From Octopus sinensis (taxonomy: Eukaryota), in the NCBI RefSeq assembly GCF_006345805.1, contig NC_043004.1, positions 4,216,001-4,280,000 on the forward strand: a DNA stretch of 64,000 nt, in the 5' to 3' direction. Each line of letters opens with the position of its first letter. Position 1 is the first letter of the stretch. The position numbers and the translations under genes are program-made. Positions 1 through 13,108 of this stretch are shown here, in pieces. Below the pieces are notes generated by a model. It made no database searches, was not told where the DNA came from, and was given only the letters and a program-made list of their open reading frames with translations.

Positions 1-297
1 TCTTCTTCACCAATCTTGCATTGCTGGCTATTAACATTCATAATCATTGTTTTAATGCCTATTTTTCCATGCTTGCATGGGTCAGGTAAGACAACATTAG
101 AGAAGAGTTTTCTGTGGCCAATGTCCTTCCTGATGCCAACCCTCACTTGTTTCTAAGCAAGGTAATAATCCCCCAGTCTATAAAACAATGGACAGTTTGT
201 CCATTATGTAGAGAAATGGGAATAGATGACACTGTATAAATGTGCCTATTGTTTACAATAAGTAAACACACATGATGGGAAATATGAACTCATTCAT

Positions 298-479
298 ACA
301 AACACACATGTACATAACAGCCTTCTTCAGTTTCCATCAACCAACTTCACTAAGTAATTGATCAACCAGCACCTGCAGTATAGAATATCAACCAACAATA
401 TCCATTTAGTGAGACTGAACCCTTAACTACTACATGTTTCTGAAGTGAACTTCTTAACCACACAGCCATACCTGCACCA
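298..479 (-). mobile_element. Family A tRNA-derived SINE, decayed 5' part
   Basis: The reverse complement matches the head of the fuller copies at 48548 and 52559 (ggtatggctgtgtggttaagaag ... gggttcagtc ... gaaactgaagaagg). Confidence 0.7.
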
Positions 480-1309
480 ATTAAATATAGATGCCCAACA
501 AAGACATATATGGAAGTGTATATATGTGTGTGTATGTATGTCCCTATATATGTCGAGGTTTTACAGAATAAATACATTCGGTGGTAATAATCACTGAGAG
601 AAGTTGCTGCCAGAAAACAACCATTTCAATACCTTAATGACAACATATTACACTTTAAATATTGAATGAAAAATTTCTTTTTTCACCTTCAATTAAATAA
701 TTCCTGCCTACTTTTTTCTGGTGTTATTATACAATAAATTATTACATGTTGGAAAAAAGTCTGAATGTAGCTTGTAGCTAATATAGGAGAAAACTCTGGA
801 TAGATGCCAATAGTTTGATCTTATAAAAGGGTATGAATTCGGAAACAATGGTCCACAAAATGAGAAATGTGTATTTTTCTTCTTTTTTTTTATGTCTCTT
901 TTACATCTCTTTTTCTATCTAGAGACAGCGTTTTTCCATCTAGTATAGGATGAAATAGATATTAATAAGTGGGTCATATATGTTGCATATACAAGGGTCC
1001 CAGAAGTAGAGCCGGAATCAATAGTGAAACATTCAGTAAGGAACAAAACCGTCATTATATCTTTGATCTTAGTCTATTTGAAACTGAAGTAATGAGATTC
1101 AGAAACAAGTAGCAACAAAATGTTTCAGTAGACATACAATTTATAAGCTCAGTGAAAAACTGAAAATGTTTCACTAACAGCTTGGATGTATCAGTGATCC
1201 TTACCATATTTGTGCTTGAAAAGTGGCAAGCCAGATCTCATCAAGATCTCATTGTCCATTAAGATTCAAAAATATTTTAAAAATTTTAAATACACCTTTT
1301 GTCATCATC

Positions 1310-1690
1310 ATCATCATCGTTTAACGTCCATTTTCCATGCTGGCATGGGTTGGATGGTTCAACTGGGGTCTGGGAAGCCAGGAGGTTACACCAGGCTCCA
1401 ATCTGATCTGGCAGTGTTTCTACAGCTTGATGCCCTTCCTAATACCAACCATACCAAGAGTGTAGTGGGTGCTTTTATATGCCACTGGCACAGGGTCCAG
1501 AGAGAGCTGGCATTGAACACATTTTGGGATGGAGCTTTTTTTGCCACAGGAGCCAGTCAAGGCAGTGCTGGCATCGGCCACATTCAGATGGTACTTTTTA
1601 CATGCCACCGGTACAGGGAGCCAGACAGGCAGCACTGGCATCATCCACAACTACAATTCCCATTTGTGGTTTGATTTGATTTTGATGTGC
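1310..1690 (-). mobile_element. Family C non-autonomous retroelement (aaatc-rich 5' end, internal ~60-bp repeats, (gat)n tail)
   Basis: Shares aggaagggcatc...ccaacccatgc.agcatggaaaa.ggacgttaaa.gatgatgat with the copies at 36605-37155 and 47785-47995. Confidence 0.8.
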
Positions 1691-2967
1691 TTAACCCAAT
1701 AGGTCTCCTCAAGCACAGCTGTGTCTTCTACAGTGTAAAATCTTAGCTAAGTTTTGTCCCCAAAGGATTAAAACAGGAATGAAAGCATCAACACAAAAAC
1801 AATTGTAGTAAGACTATCAACTATAGACAGTCATTTGTCAGGTTATCAGTAAAATGGATCTTGTTATGTGAATTTCTTGGAATTTAAGCAGAGAAAATAC
1901 TTGGTGACAAATGCACCATGTTTCAATTGATAAAGAACCCAACTCAAAATTCATTTAATCATTTTTACTAAGGATAATTAAGTGGCGTATTTGGATTATC
2001 TATTGATTAGAAGACCTAAAACTACTGCTGTGAGAACGATTTCTTTAAGGTTATGTAGTTAAGCATATGTTACAAACCACTGGAGGTTATGCATAAGGGA
2101 AGTGACAAGGTAAAAGCAGAGTAGAAACTATTAAATACTCAGTAAATACTCAGGCAGAGATGGTGAAACAGTAAATTTTATAAACAACATGACTCACAAA
2201 AATACCTAAGAAACTAACAACAGAGATAGTTTAAAGAGGAACTAATTAACAAACTTATCCAACACTAAACCACAATATGGAAGGAAAGAAATAAAAATTA
2301 GAAATAATTCATATGTTCGAATGACAACAAATACTTAACCCTTACAACAAAGTAATATCCTTTAAGTGGAAATGAAATATTCCCCCACCTTCCTCCAAGA
2401 ACTTAAGAATGTAGACTGTACCTATGGAACAGTTCAGAAGAGAGAGAGAGGGGTTTGTTAAAAAGAATGTGTACTGGAAAAAAACTGCAACCACCTGTTA
2501 GCTAAATGTGTTTTGAAAATCAACATGTCATGCAATCCAGATGACTGACATTATTGTTGACCCTAATTTGCTAAGGGGTTAGCAAGGCCTGTTTAGTATC
2601 AATCACATGATTCTCCAGAATAAAACAAAGCAAAAACTAGAAGAAAAAAAAGAAAAACAATTAAATCTAGTCATTGGTGTCATTTCAGAGAGTGATGTTA
2701 AATATAATGTATCAGTTGCTAAGATAAAAGTATAGGTAAAGCAATAAATGGAATGAAGAAGAGTAGCAAATAAGCTGAAGGTGTGAAGGTATGTAGAAGC
2801 AGTAATATTAACTGCCATGCATGAAAAGTGACATTGGCAATGTAATTACAGTAACACATTAAAAGTCTGATTACTAACACAACAGTAGGAATACAACTAT
2901 TTTGTCCTAGCTTTAAGGTGTTACAAAAAAATTGCACAAAAGGGATGACCTGTAAAATCTAGATAGA

Positions 2968-3560
2968 TGCTGGCATGGCTGTGAAGTTAAGAAGTTTGCT
3001 AACCTATTTTTTTACTACCCACAAGGGGCTAAACACAGAGAGGACAAAGACAGACAAACAGATTAAGTCGATTATATCGACCTCAATGTGTAACTGGTAC
3101 TTATTTAATCAACCCTGAAAGGATGAAAGGCAAAGTCGACCTCGGCGGAATTTGTACTCAGAATGTAGCGGTAGACGAAATACGCTAAGCATTTCGCCCG
3201 GAATGCTAACGTTTCTGCCTGTTCGCCTTGCTTACCAACCATGTGGTTTCAGGTTCAGGCCTACTGTGTGGCACCTCAGGCAGGTATCGTCTACATTAGA
3301 CCCAGGCCAACCAATGCCTTGTGAATGAATTTAGTTGAGAAACTGTGTGAAAACCCTGTCTGTGTGTGCATGTATGTGTGTGTACGCATGTCTGTGCTTG
3401 AACCACACACTGCTTAACAACTAACAACTGGTGTTGGTTTGTTCAGACTTCTATAACTTAGTAAATTCAAAAGAGACAGAATAAATATCAGGCTTAAAAA
3501 ATAAGTAGTGAGATTGATTTGTTCCATTAAAATCTTCATGGCTGTGCCCCAGTAAGATGA
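2968..3560 (+). mobile_element. Family A SINE interrupted by a family B SINE
   Basis: The head (ggcatggctgtgaagttaagaagtttgct) breaks at about 3003 and resumes at about 3228 (ttgcttaccaaccatgtggtttcaggttcagg). The body continues to the aaggcagtgcc-like end. Confidence 0.75.
3004..3228 (-). mobile_element. Family B SINE
   Basis: Reverse complement of the family seen at 61855-62085 (gcagaaacgttagca...gaggtcgactttgcctttcatcc...agccccttgtgggtagtaaa). Confidence 0.85.
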
Positions 3561-6500
3561 AGGGCAAGTATTTTGTTTGATTTCAAATCCAAAAATGAGA
3601 CAAAGCTTGTGCAACTAATTAGCAAATACAGGGATTGTCGAAGTAAACCAGCATTTTGTGAGATCAAATTAATTCAGGATTTAGGCACTTTTATCTTTTA
3701 CATTTTCCAGTTGTTTCACTGAAGCCATGCTGGGGTACCACTTTGTAGGGCTTAGTTCAGTCATGGGGAAACTGCAGTTTGTAAGACTTTCCAAATCACA
3801 TGCCTAACAAAAAAATTACCTTGAAACGTTTTAGTAGAGCAACCCATGTGATGATGTGCCTTTTCTCACAGAGCCTGCTTCTCAGAAAAGGTTACCTGTG
3901 CCTGGTTTAGTTGAACGAAACAACTCCAGCACTTATACTTTAGTCTGGTACTTATCCTATTGGTTTCTTTCACCACACCAACTTAAGGAGACACAAACCA
4001 CCCAACACTGGTTGCCAAGTGGTTGTAGGGGACAAACAAACACACTAAAGGATTTCAGTTTCCATCAACCAAATTGACTCACACGGCATAGATCAGTCAA
4101 GGGCTAAAGGTGAAGACACTGCTCAAGGTGCCATGCAATGGCACAGAACCTAAAACCCACATGGTAGCAAAGCAAGCTTCTAAACCATACAGACATATCT
4201 TTGTGCATCCAATACAGTAATAATAGCATCAGTAACTTAGTATGCAATGACCATCACCATCATTTAACGTCTATTGTCCATGCTGGCATGGGTTGGATAG
4301 TGTGACCAGAGCTGGCAATCTGGTGAGGGGTGGGAGGACTGCACCAGACTCCAGTCTGATTTGGCATGGTTTCCTAAAGGGAACCATCTTACAGAATGTG
4401 CTGGATGCTTTTACATGGCACCTCATTAGCGTTCTTACATTGTCGCCGCACCAGAGTTCTTATATTGTTGCTGCACAGGTGTTCTTACCTTGTCGCTGCA
4501 TGGACATTTTTATATAAAACTAATTACTGTAAGCAGAAGTAGCAGACTAGTATTAACCAAGAACAACACAGGTAGTAAATTCTGTATTAACTAATTTTAT
4601 AATGCCAAGAATAGACTTAACAAATGCAAAGCATATGAAATATCTCAAACTTATCTTTCTCTTTTATTTATTTATTTATTTATCAGCTTGAAGCAGCTCC
4701 TTGCCCTAGCTTTTTTCTAATCTCCACAAGACTGTATAATAAGGGATAACTGGGTGAGATACTATGTTGTTCAATTATCTACTACAATAATGATTGGAAG
4801 AAAATGTTGGAAAATTACAATTCTGGGAAGTTGTGATTACTATAGACCCCCTGCCCACTCCCTTCAGAGGGAGATGGGAATATAGAAGACACAGCCGAGA
4901 GATGGGAGAGGGGGGGGGGCATAGATAATGCAATAATAATAATAGCAGAAAAGACAAAAAGAATACAAGTGATTGTAGAGGATTGGTAAATAAGTGAATG
5001 GCTGAGAGTGGGAAGTAGACTGCCAAAGATATGAACTCCAAACCTTATGAGTGAAAAGTCCAGTAAATTATTTATGGATTTCACATAATAGAATCATGAC
5101 TGCTTAATCTGGTGTGTGTGATATAAATTTTGATGAGAAGATATATCAAAATATTTTAAGACAAACAATTCACTGTAGCTTCTAAACTCAATATGGAAAT
5201 CATGTGAATTATGAAAATACTTTTAGTTAATAGTTTATTACTTCACATCATAAAAAATCCATATGCTAATATATTTAAAAGGGTTTATTCAAATATCCAT
5301 TGTACATGTTTTACTAATCAACTAATTATCGTTTTAATACCTACCCACCTTTCCATGTTCGTATAAGTCAGATGGAATTTTTGTTGAGGCAAATTTTCTA
5401 CAGCCAAATACCCTTCCTGTCACCAATCTTTAACTATTTCCAAATAAGGTAATATTTCCCCATAACGAGACATGTTTTTAAAGAATTAAGTACAATGCTT
5501 GCACGATGGTAACATTTGTTTACAACTATCATGTGATGTCAAGGCAAGGAGACAGTAACACACATATACTTACAAACATCTATATACAACAGACTTCTTT
5601 CAGTTTCCATCCACCAAATCCACTAACAAGGTTTTAGTCAATTCAGGGCTCTAGTAGAAAACACTTGCCCAAGGTACCATGTGGTGGGATTGAACCCAGA
5701 ATCATGTGGTTGGGAAGCAAACATCCTACCATACAGCCACATCTGTGCCTATACCACACCTACATTTATAATATCCATTTCTTCAGCAATTAAAATCTAA
5801 ATATTAAAAATGAAGAATATAGCATTGCATACTGAAGAATACACACACACAGTGTCAAGTATATATTTCTTCTTTGATTAGGTTCAGCTATCGTTTGCAG
5901 CTGACTATATAGCTCTGGAAAGGGAAGGTAATTCAAGCTAAGCAGTCACTTTAGAAGTTTCATCATCATCATCATCATCATTCATCATCATCGTTTAACG
6001 TCCGCTTTCCATGCTAGCATGGGTTGGACGCTAGCATGGGAAAAATGAAGACTAGCACTTATAAGGAGAGTGGTTTTGGTTGTGCATAGTGAGGAGGCCC
6101 TGTTGTAAGTTTACTTTCTATCGGTATCTGTACAGTGTTAGTGTGAAACAAAATAAGGATGTTAATTATCTATTGCAAGATGTTCCTAGTGTCTCTATAA
6201 AAGATGCAAAGGCATGAATGGGTCACACCAATAGAGGAATAGACGACCAGCCAATAAGTTTTTGTATCCATAACTAAAACTTGTTTTTTTTTAAATGTCC
6301 ACCCCTCTTTAAATAGGTCCTGCACACAGTGCAGCTAAATGTTGTTAGCTGCCTGTACAGTTGATACAGACCAAGTTCAATTCCTCTTAAAGCACAATAA
6401 TAGGCCAATGTCCTATCCACACAGTGGGTTTCATCCACTCATCACAACAGAAATTTGAGATAAGCACTAGCCACATTAAAACCCAGGTGATTTGGTAAAA

Positions 6501-6613
6501 GATAGCAGGTTGCCTGTTTAGTAGGAGGGGATCAAGTTGCGTGAAGGTGAGACTTATGCAAAGAAGGTAGATAACAATGGTTAGTATAGGAATACATAAG
6601 GAATAGTATAGGC

Positions 6614-6832
6614 TTAAACTTTCAACATTTAAAACCAGTCAAATCTGGTCCAAATATTTTACCTGCTCAAACCGAACAGATCCAGTGTCTCACACCAACC
6701 CAACAATGTCATTCTAAAAATACACAACCACATCTGTGAAATCTTGAAGCTACGAGATAATGTGATGCTAATTCAAAACAATGTGAATAAGCAGTATATT
6801 TGATAGAATCATCTGAGTGCTAAAGGGTTAAA
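6614..6832. mobile_element. piggyBac-type MITE (decayed)
   Basis: Ends in gtgctaaaggg|ttaa, and the interior resembles the copies at 9514 and 33059 in the opposite orientation. Confidence 0.6.
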
Positions 6833-8775
6833 CTAACCCCTGAGGCACCTAGGTTACGGCAGAGTAAGAAAAAGCCAATAAATTACAATGAAAAGATCTG
6901 ATGGGAGGCTTCTGACGAAATCCATAAACAAGATTCGTTGCAAAATCATTAATACCAGATCAAATCAAAGCCTTTGCTGATTAACATATCTTTACTAGCA
7001 CTAAAGCTTTGAAGGGTAATTGATCGTTAATGTGAGATTAATAAGACAAGCAATTTTCAGTGGATATAGTTTAGAGTTCTTGAATAAACACTAAGTCAAT
7101 TCTAACCAGATCTGCAGTCAACGACACTTCGGTTATGACCATCCTGTCATATTTTCAAACATAAACTGCCCTGGAAAACATCATCCAACATTTCCTTGAA
7201 GACGATAATGCTGTGAAGAGTGTTAGGCTAATAATTCTTGTGGATCAAATAATCATGAAGCGGTTACTTTGTTGAGTAAGAAGGTGGTCAGTTGCCTCCC
7301 TCAAATATTGTAAATAGCAGAAAGTAGTTGGAGCAACAGAGACCATTACTTTATTTCAAAGTAAACAGTCCTATGTAGAAGGTAGTAAAATGAGGGCCCC
7401 GAAAGTAGCAATAAAAGAATTAACACAGTATATAATTCAATACAAGTATATAAAAATGCTATAAACTACTGCAGACTTAAGGGGTGACATACGTAATTAA
7501 CCTTTCCTGTATGAATAGCTGTAGATGAGGAATTAGTGAAAATGTCACAGCTGACACTTTCACCTAATTCAACTAGTTCAAACAAAATCCTCATTGACAT
7601 ACTAAAACTATTCATATATATGCTCAGTATTGAATAATAAGGCATTACATATATCTGAATATAGAGAGAGACATTAAACAGAGAGGAAATGATGAGAAAG
7701 TGGATGGTTTGAAGAGGTGGGGTACTATAAATAAAGCTAAACCTAACATGCTACTAGTGATGAAATTCTGTGTTGGTAGGATGGAGTAGGGGGGGGGTCA
7801 TATCTGTAAAGAGTAAGGTTTTCCTTTTTACATAAGCTTTAGAATTAGGTGAGAAAGATAAGAATGTATGCAAAAGTTTTCTCAAAGGGGTTTAGTTAGC
7901 AACCTAAAACAGCAATACACACCAATGTTGAAATTGGGTTGCAGATTCAACATACCGAGAACTTACTGCTGCTACCTTAAATATCAAAAATCTTAAGAAA
8001 AGTTTAGGCTTATTAAATTCATTTCGTTTTTGCAACAATATTTGTGTTGCTGTAAAAGCAGGCTGCTGATAATTACTGGCTCGTTTTGTCATGTCCACTT
8101 GCCAAGTGGTGAGTATTTCTTACAAAAGATGATTCATCAAAAGTGGGCAGACACCAATTACTGACCACAACTAACAGTTTTGGCAGAAAGTAACAATCTC
8201 TCAATACGAAAAGGTTAATGACAACAGTAATTGAAATCACATGACTAAGTAAAGCTGACATACCAGAGAGAGAGAGAAGATCCATTAAACAAGGGTTACC
8301 AGGTGTGCAATTAACAAAGAATTATGTGTTATTAGTAAAACAACCAAAGTCATCTGACAATAAACAGTGACAACATTAACAAGAGGGGCAGTAAGCAACA
8401 ATAAAGTGTCTGTTTTCAAAACAAAAGTTTATTTGGATATGAGAAAGTCACAAACATAATATGGCCACTGTAACAGAATACATTTATCAACTGATCAATA
8501 AAACCATGTCATCTATACAAATGGCAGGTGAAAATCTCTCAATCTACACAAGTCTTCTAATAGAAGCGTTCACTTTTCACTCTCATTCATAAATAATGAA
8601 GTATTTTCCTGGTCAACCAACATTAATCGAAATTAAGTTTTAAAAATGTAGTAAAAGTAACCCTTTACCAATTCAGCAATCAGAAATTTATTTCTACCAG
8701 TTATGAAGAGAAGCTAATAATAGTTATCAAACTCACTAAAAGGGAAAATGAAATATTCATAAAAAACGTGTATAA

Positions 8776-9141
8776 AACAAGAGCATTCAGAGAGTGCAAA
8801 CTTCCGCCAAGGCAACACCAACGTCCTTTCAACGATTAGCCTGAGACGATTTTTAAAATGAGAATATCTGAAATAAACTTGACTGCTCTCACAAACGAGA
8901 ATACTAAAAATGAACCTAACTGCTCTCAAAAATTAAGTAAAGAAACAGAAAAAATAATCCAGAATCCTTGTCCGGTAACAGATCGATCCCAAAATCTAAT
9001 CAATTTGTGCCAGTTACAAGGCCAACATCCCTGAAGGTTTCATCCAAATTCATCGAGCGGTTCTCAAGATATCTTGTCCATGGACAAACAAACAAAAACA
9101 ACTGAAAACAATATCACCGACTTCACTAAGGCAGAGGTAAT
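8776..9141 (+). mobile_element. Non-autonomous element with a terminal hairpin (HINE/Helentron-like by architecture)
   Basis: Collinear with 49976-50351. It starts aacaagagca.tcagagag and ends in a stem-loop followed by ggtaat. Confidence 0.6.
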
Positions 9142-9513
9142 TAGATTAAAAACTTAAATTAAAACCATATTCTCAACAAATGCTAATTAAAGTGACATCT
9201 TTTGTTGTTCTAAACTGATCAGATAAAGAATAAGGTTGGTGTATTTTTACAACTGCATGATGCAGAATTTAGTTTTACCTCTATGTTACATAAATGTAAT
9301 AGAATGCACAAATCAGAGATTAGGTAAAAAAAAAAAAAAAGAGAGAGAGAGAGAGAGCTGAATTCAGTTGAGTTTCACAGGAGTGTAAAGGCTAATATCA
9401 AGGTGAACAATAAATGCTATGATGATGATGATGAGAGTAAATGGACACAAAATAGCAATAGAACTAATGCTTTTTGATGAATTCAAAGTCTATAGGGTTC
9501 GGTACCTGTACTG

Positions 9514-9741
9514 TTAACCCTTTAGCATTCAGATATCTTTGTCAAATGTAATGCTTATTTATTCACATTGTTTTGAATTAATCGCATATCTCATAGCTTC
9601 AAAATTTTGATGATGCAATTGTTTTACTTTTAGGATGGCATTGTGGGATAGGTACAAAAAGCCAGATCTGGTCAGTTTGAACACACAAGACAGATGGAAT
9701 AGTTAGGCTGGATATGGCTAGTTTGAAAGCTGAAGGGTTAA
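9514..9741. mobile_element. piggyBac-type MITE
   Basis: TTAA|CCCTTTAGC ... GCTGAAGGG|TTAA gives a CCC-start terminal inverted repeat with TTAA on both sides. Confidence 0.75.
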
Positions 9742-10344
9742 GTATTATCAATCTTCTCTGGAAAAGTTCAATAAACTTTGGAGTACTATTCTTCCTTTAA
9801 TAATAATAGATAATGGAGAGAGATTTTTTGGTAAAATTTCATGTGGCAAACAGACAATTATGAAAGAATTGAGGCAACACATTTTAAATTATCTTTCTTA
9901 GATACCTCATTTTGTTCTACCAAAATGATTATCTTCATATGACACTACTTCCAACAGTCAATCAAATCGACCCCTGTAATATGTTTTTAAAAGTCTGGCC
10001 CTTATTCTATTTGTCTCGTTTTACTAAGTATCTAAGTTACTGGGCACTAACAAACCAACACCGGTTAAATGGATTCAGAGACAAAACCCCACGCAATGGA
10101 CTTTTGCAGAGCTTTATCTACCACATCCACTCACAAGGTATTCTTTGACCCAGAACTACAGTAGTAGACACTTGCCCACGATGTCATATCGTGGGACTGA
10201 GCCTGAAACCATTTGTGCTTGCAAAGCAAACTTCTTCACCCCACAGCCCTTATTACTCATACATAACTCCTCCACCCCCACCCACCCCAAAGAAAAAACT
10301 GAATACTAGCAACATAGTATTCAGGAAGCAGTTTTGTTTATGAC

Positions 10345-10577
10345 CAGGGCTGTGGAGTCAAAACAAAAAACTTCAACTCCGACTCCTCTATGTAATTAAG
10401 TGATTGCGGTCTACATAACTCATGAAGCATATGCATACACTTGTACTTTAAGTAGGTCTATATGTTATAACCGGTTTATATTAAAGAATAAGGATATTGT
10501 GAGTCAGAGTCAATATAGTCTTACCGACTGACTCCACCTACCCCTTAATGGTTTCCAACTCCGACTCCACAGCCCTG
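10345..10577. mobile_element. hAT-type MITE
   Basis: TIRs cagggctgtggagtc / gactccacagccctg. A perfect 8-bp target-site duplication tttatgac lies at 10337-10344 and 10578-10585. Confidence 0.9.
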
Positions 10578-10965
10578 TTTATGACAACAGAGTTCACTAG
10601 AGCATGCCTTGGATACAACCTATGGTACTGGAATAAACAAACCTTCCATGTAAATTTAACATGGCAGATCTTGTTGAATTGCCAGCCCTACACAAGAACT
10701 GATTAAATTAGAGTAGAATTTGGTACAAACATGTTCGATAATCATCAGGATATCTCAATTATACATAGAGGAGGCTTTTGAACTATTGTTTAGGGTTTTA
10801 AATGGACTTAATATTGCCAGGCAACTACCCATTTAGAGTGAACAATGTTATCAAACAAATAGGTGCTTGGAGAATACTTCAAGTGATGGGAGTGCCTTTG
10901 AAGGAAGATATGTCAAACAATCAACAGGACATATTATCACTGGCTTGAGGAGATCATTGGTTCAA

Positions 10966-11115
10966 GTAGTGGGACACTGGACGGACGGGCCAGTTAAATT
11001 GCTCGGGGTCTGGTTCAGTCCGGACCTCCAAATGGATAAGAACTGGGACGAGATCACGAATAGAGTGGTCACTCTCATCCAAACATGGGCCGAGAGAAAG
11101 CTGTCTCTAAAAGGT
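10966..11115 (+). mobile_element. Internal fragment of a Tx1/L1-clade LINE ORF2 (region C-terminal to the RT domain)
   Basis: Translates VVGHWTDGPVKLLGVWFSPDLQMDKNWDEITNRVVTLIQTWAERKLSLKG, fitting the K.LGV.F ... NW ... W..R.LSL.G motif of L1/Tx1 ORF2. Confidence 0.8.
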
Positions 11116-13070
11116 GCTAGGTGTCACTGGCTTTACTTTTTTGCAGCAATATCATGTTAAAGAGATAAGTAATAGGTTAAAATAAAACAAGTTTAACCAA
11201 TAAATTTTTTAAAAGACTTAAATTTTAGTAAGGAATATATTTAAGAAAAAAAATTCTCACTTCTCTAATTGAAACTATTTTGGAATACTTCAAACAGTCT
11301 TAGTGATTTATCTTTTTTTTTTTATCTCTAACCCGTTTCTGTTACTGGACTGTGGTGATGCTGGGGCACCATCTTAAAGGGTTTAGTTGAACAAATCGAC
11401 CCCCAAACTTTATTTTTTTAAGTCTGGTACCTATTGTATTGGCCGCTTTTGCTAAACCTTTTTGTTACAAGGACATATATAGAAAAATCTACACTGGTTG
11501 TTAAAGTGGTGGTGGTGGTGGTGGTGGTGGTGGTGGGGGGCAAACTTTTTTTTTTCTAAATCAGGACAGAGCAGGTTGTGGTTGGAAGGAAATTGTGAAA
11601 AGTAAGGGAACTCAGGAGATATGTAGTTACAGACCTGTAAAGGAAGAATGCAACTGAGAAAAACAATAGAGCTAAATTTTTATTACTCGCTCCTATTTGT
11701 ATAACAATTACTGAGGATAAATAAATTTAAGGAAACAATGTAGACAAGAGGACAGAAAATCATTAGGATTAAAAGGTTCAAATTGACTTCCTTTAGTTTC
11801 AAATTTTGTATTTAAATACATTCTGTACACATATACATATAATAGTTCATTTGTTAGGTCAATAAACTACCAAACAGTTTATCAGCTCCTAATCCAGTCA
11901 ATGTTCTACTACAACTAGTACTACAAAGTTGTTAAGGATTAGACCAGTTGTAACTGAGTAGACTTGTGATCAAAGGCATTCCGGTCAATACCATTTTATT
12001 TTTTTGTGTATGTATCTAAAACTATACTGACCAATGTGTTGTTCCACTTTAAGATATTAGGGTGTGATATGGAGAAATTTTATTGAAAATACTAGGAAGT
12101 TGAAGTTCTCCCAAAGACCAGTAACAAAGATATCCCAAACCTTGCTCAGAGAAAAAGCACAACCTTGACCACTGTAATGGGTTAAAATTGATGAGGACCT
12201 AGTGATGATAACTGGGTATGGGACATTTTGGTGCTGCCCGTTTGCCATCACTGATTCAACACCAACTTACTTGACATGGCGTTTTAAGGTTTCTCACATT
12301 CTCTCCATCCGTCTCCTTTCTATCTGTATGTGTGTATTTGCACATGTGCTTGTTTGTCTGTGTCCCTTTGCCTCCAGTATCAAAACAGGTTGAACCCAGT
12401 CAGCTGTGCAAAATCATAAGTGTCCAAACAGCCACACCAAATCATCTAATTCCAATGCTAACTGCAGCTCAGCTGTTAACTTGTACCACATCATTATCTA
12501 AGATGGTGCCGTAAGTAACTTTGGAGTCAGTTTAGACATTACAAGTAGATAATGACAACAACAGTAGCAACAACAAATGGCCACATTAAAGGTGAGGATA
12601 ATGACTGCTACAATGAAGATAATGTCAAAATAATCTCGTTGAAAGTACAAAGATGAACTGATGCCAGAATAGTAAGTCACTAATCACAAAATAAATTAAC
12701 CAAATGAAACATTATAGGCTGAATGTGGACTTCTCTCTTGACCTGTAATTAAATACTATAAACAGTTATACTGACATTTGGGGAACTTGGTGATTATATT
12801 TTCTTATCAGAATTAAAGATGAAATAGTGTAATTTATACTGCTTTAATGATACAAAGCAATACCATATTCAATAGTTCTGAATTCATAACCTTCATTTTA
12901 GAAAGTGAATGGCCTAAACATTCAGAGTCTATCAAGAGGCATTTAAAGTGGTTATATCCTGAAATGGGCAGGTTGCTCTTAAATTATTATTTTTTTATTT
13001 TTAATGACTGAGAAACAATTTGCCCTGTCAAATCATGTCAGTTTATCTTCTATGAATAGTTTCTTAGCAA

Positions 13071-13072
<2 letters not shown>

Positions 13073-13106
<34 letters not shown>
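13073..13106. repeat. (CA)n microsatellite
   Basis: Uninterrupted CA run. Confidence 0.95.

Positions 13107-13108
<2 letters not shown>

Noticed and set aside
12378-12510. Plus-strand exon-like segment (good acceptor, GTAAGT donor, one open frame SKQVEPSQLCKIISV...)
   Set aside because: The peptide is unrecognised, it is antisense to the inferred host gene, and no partner exons were found. Chance is likely.
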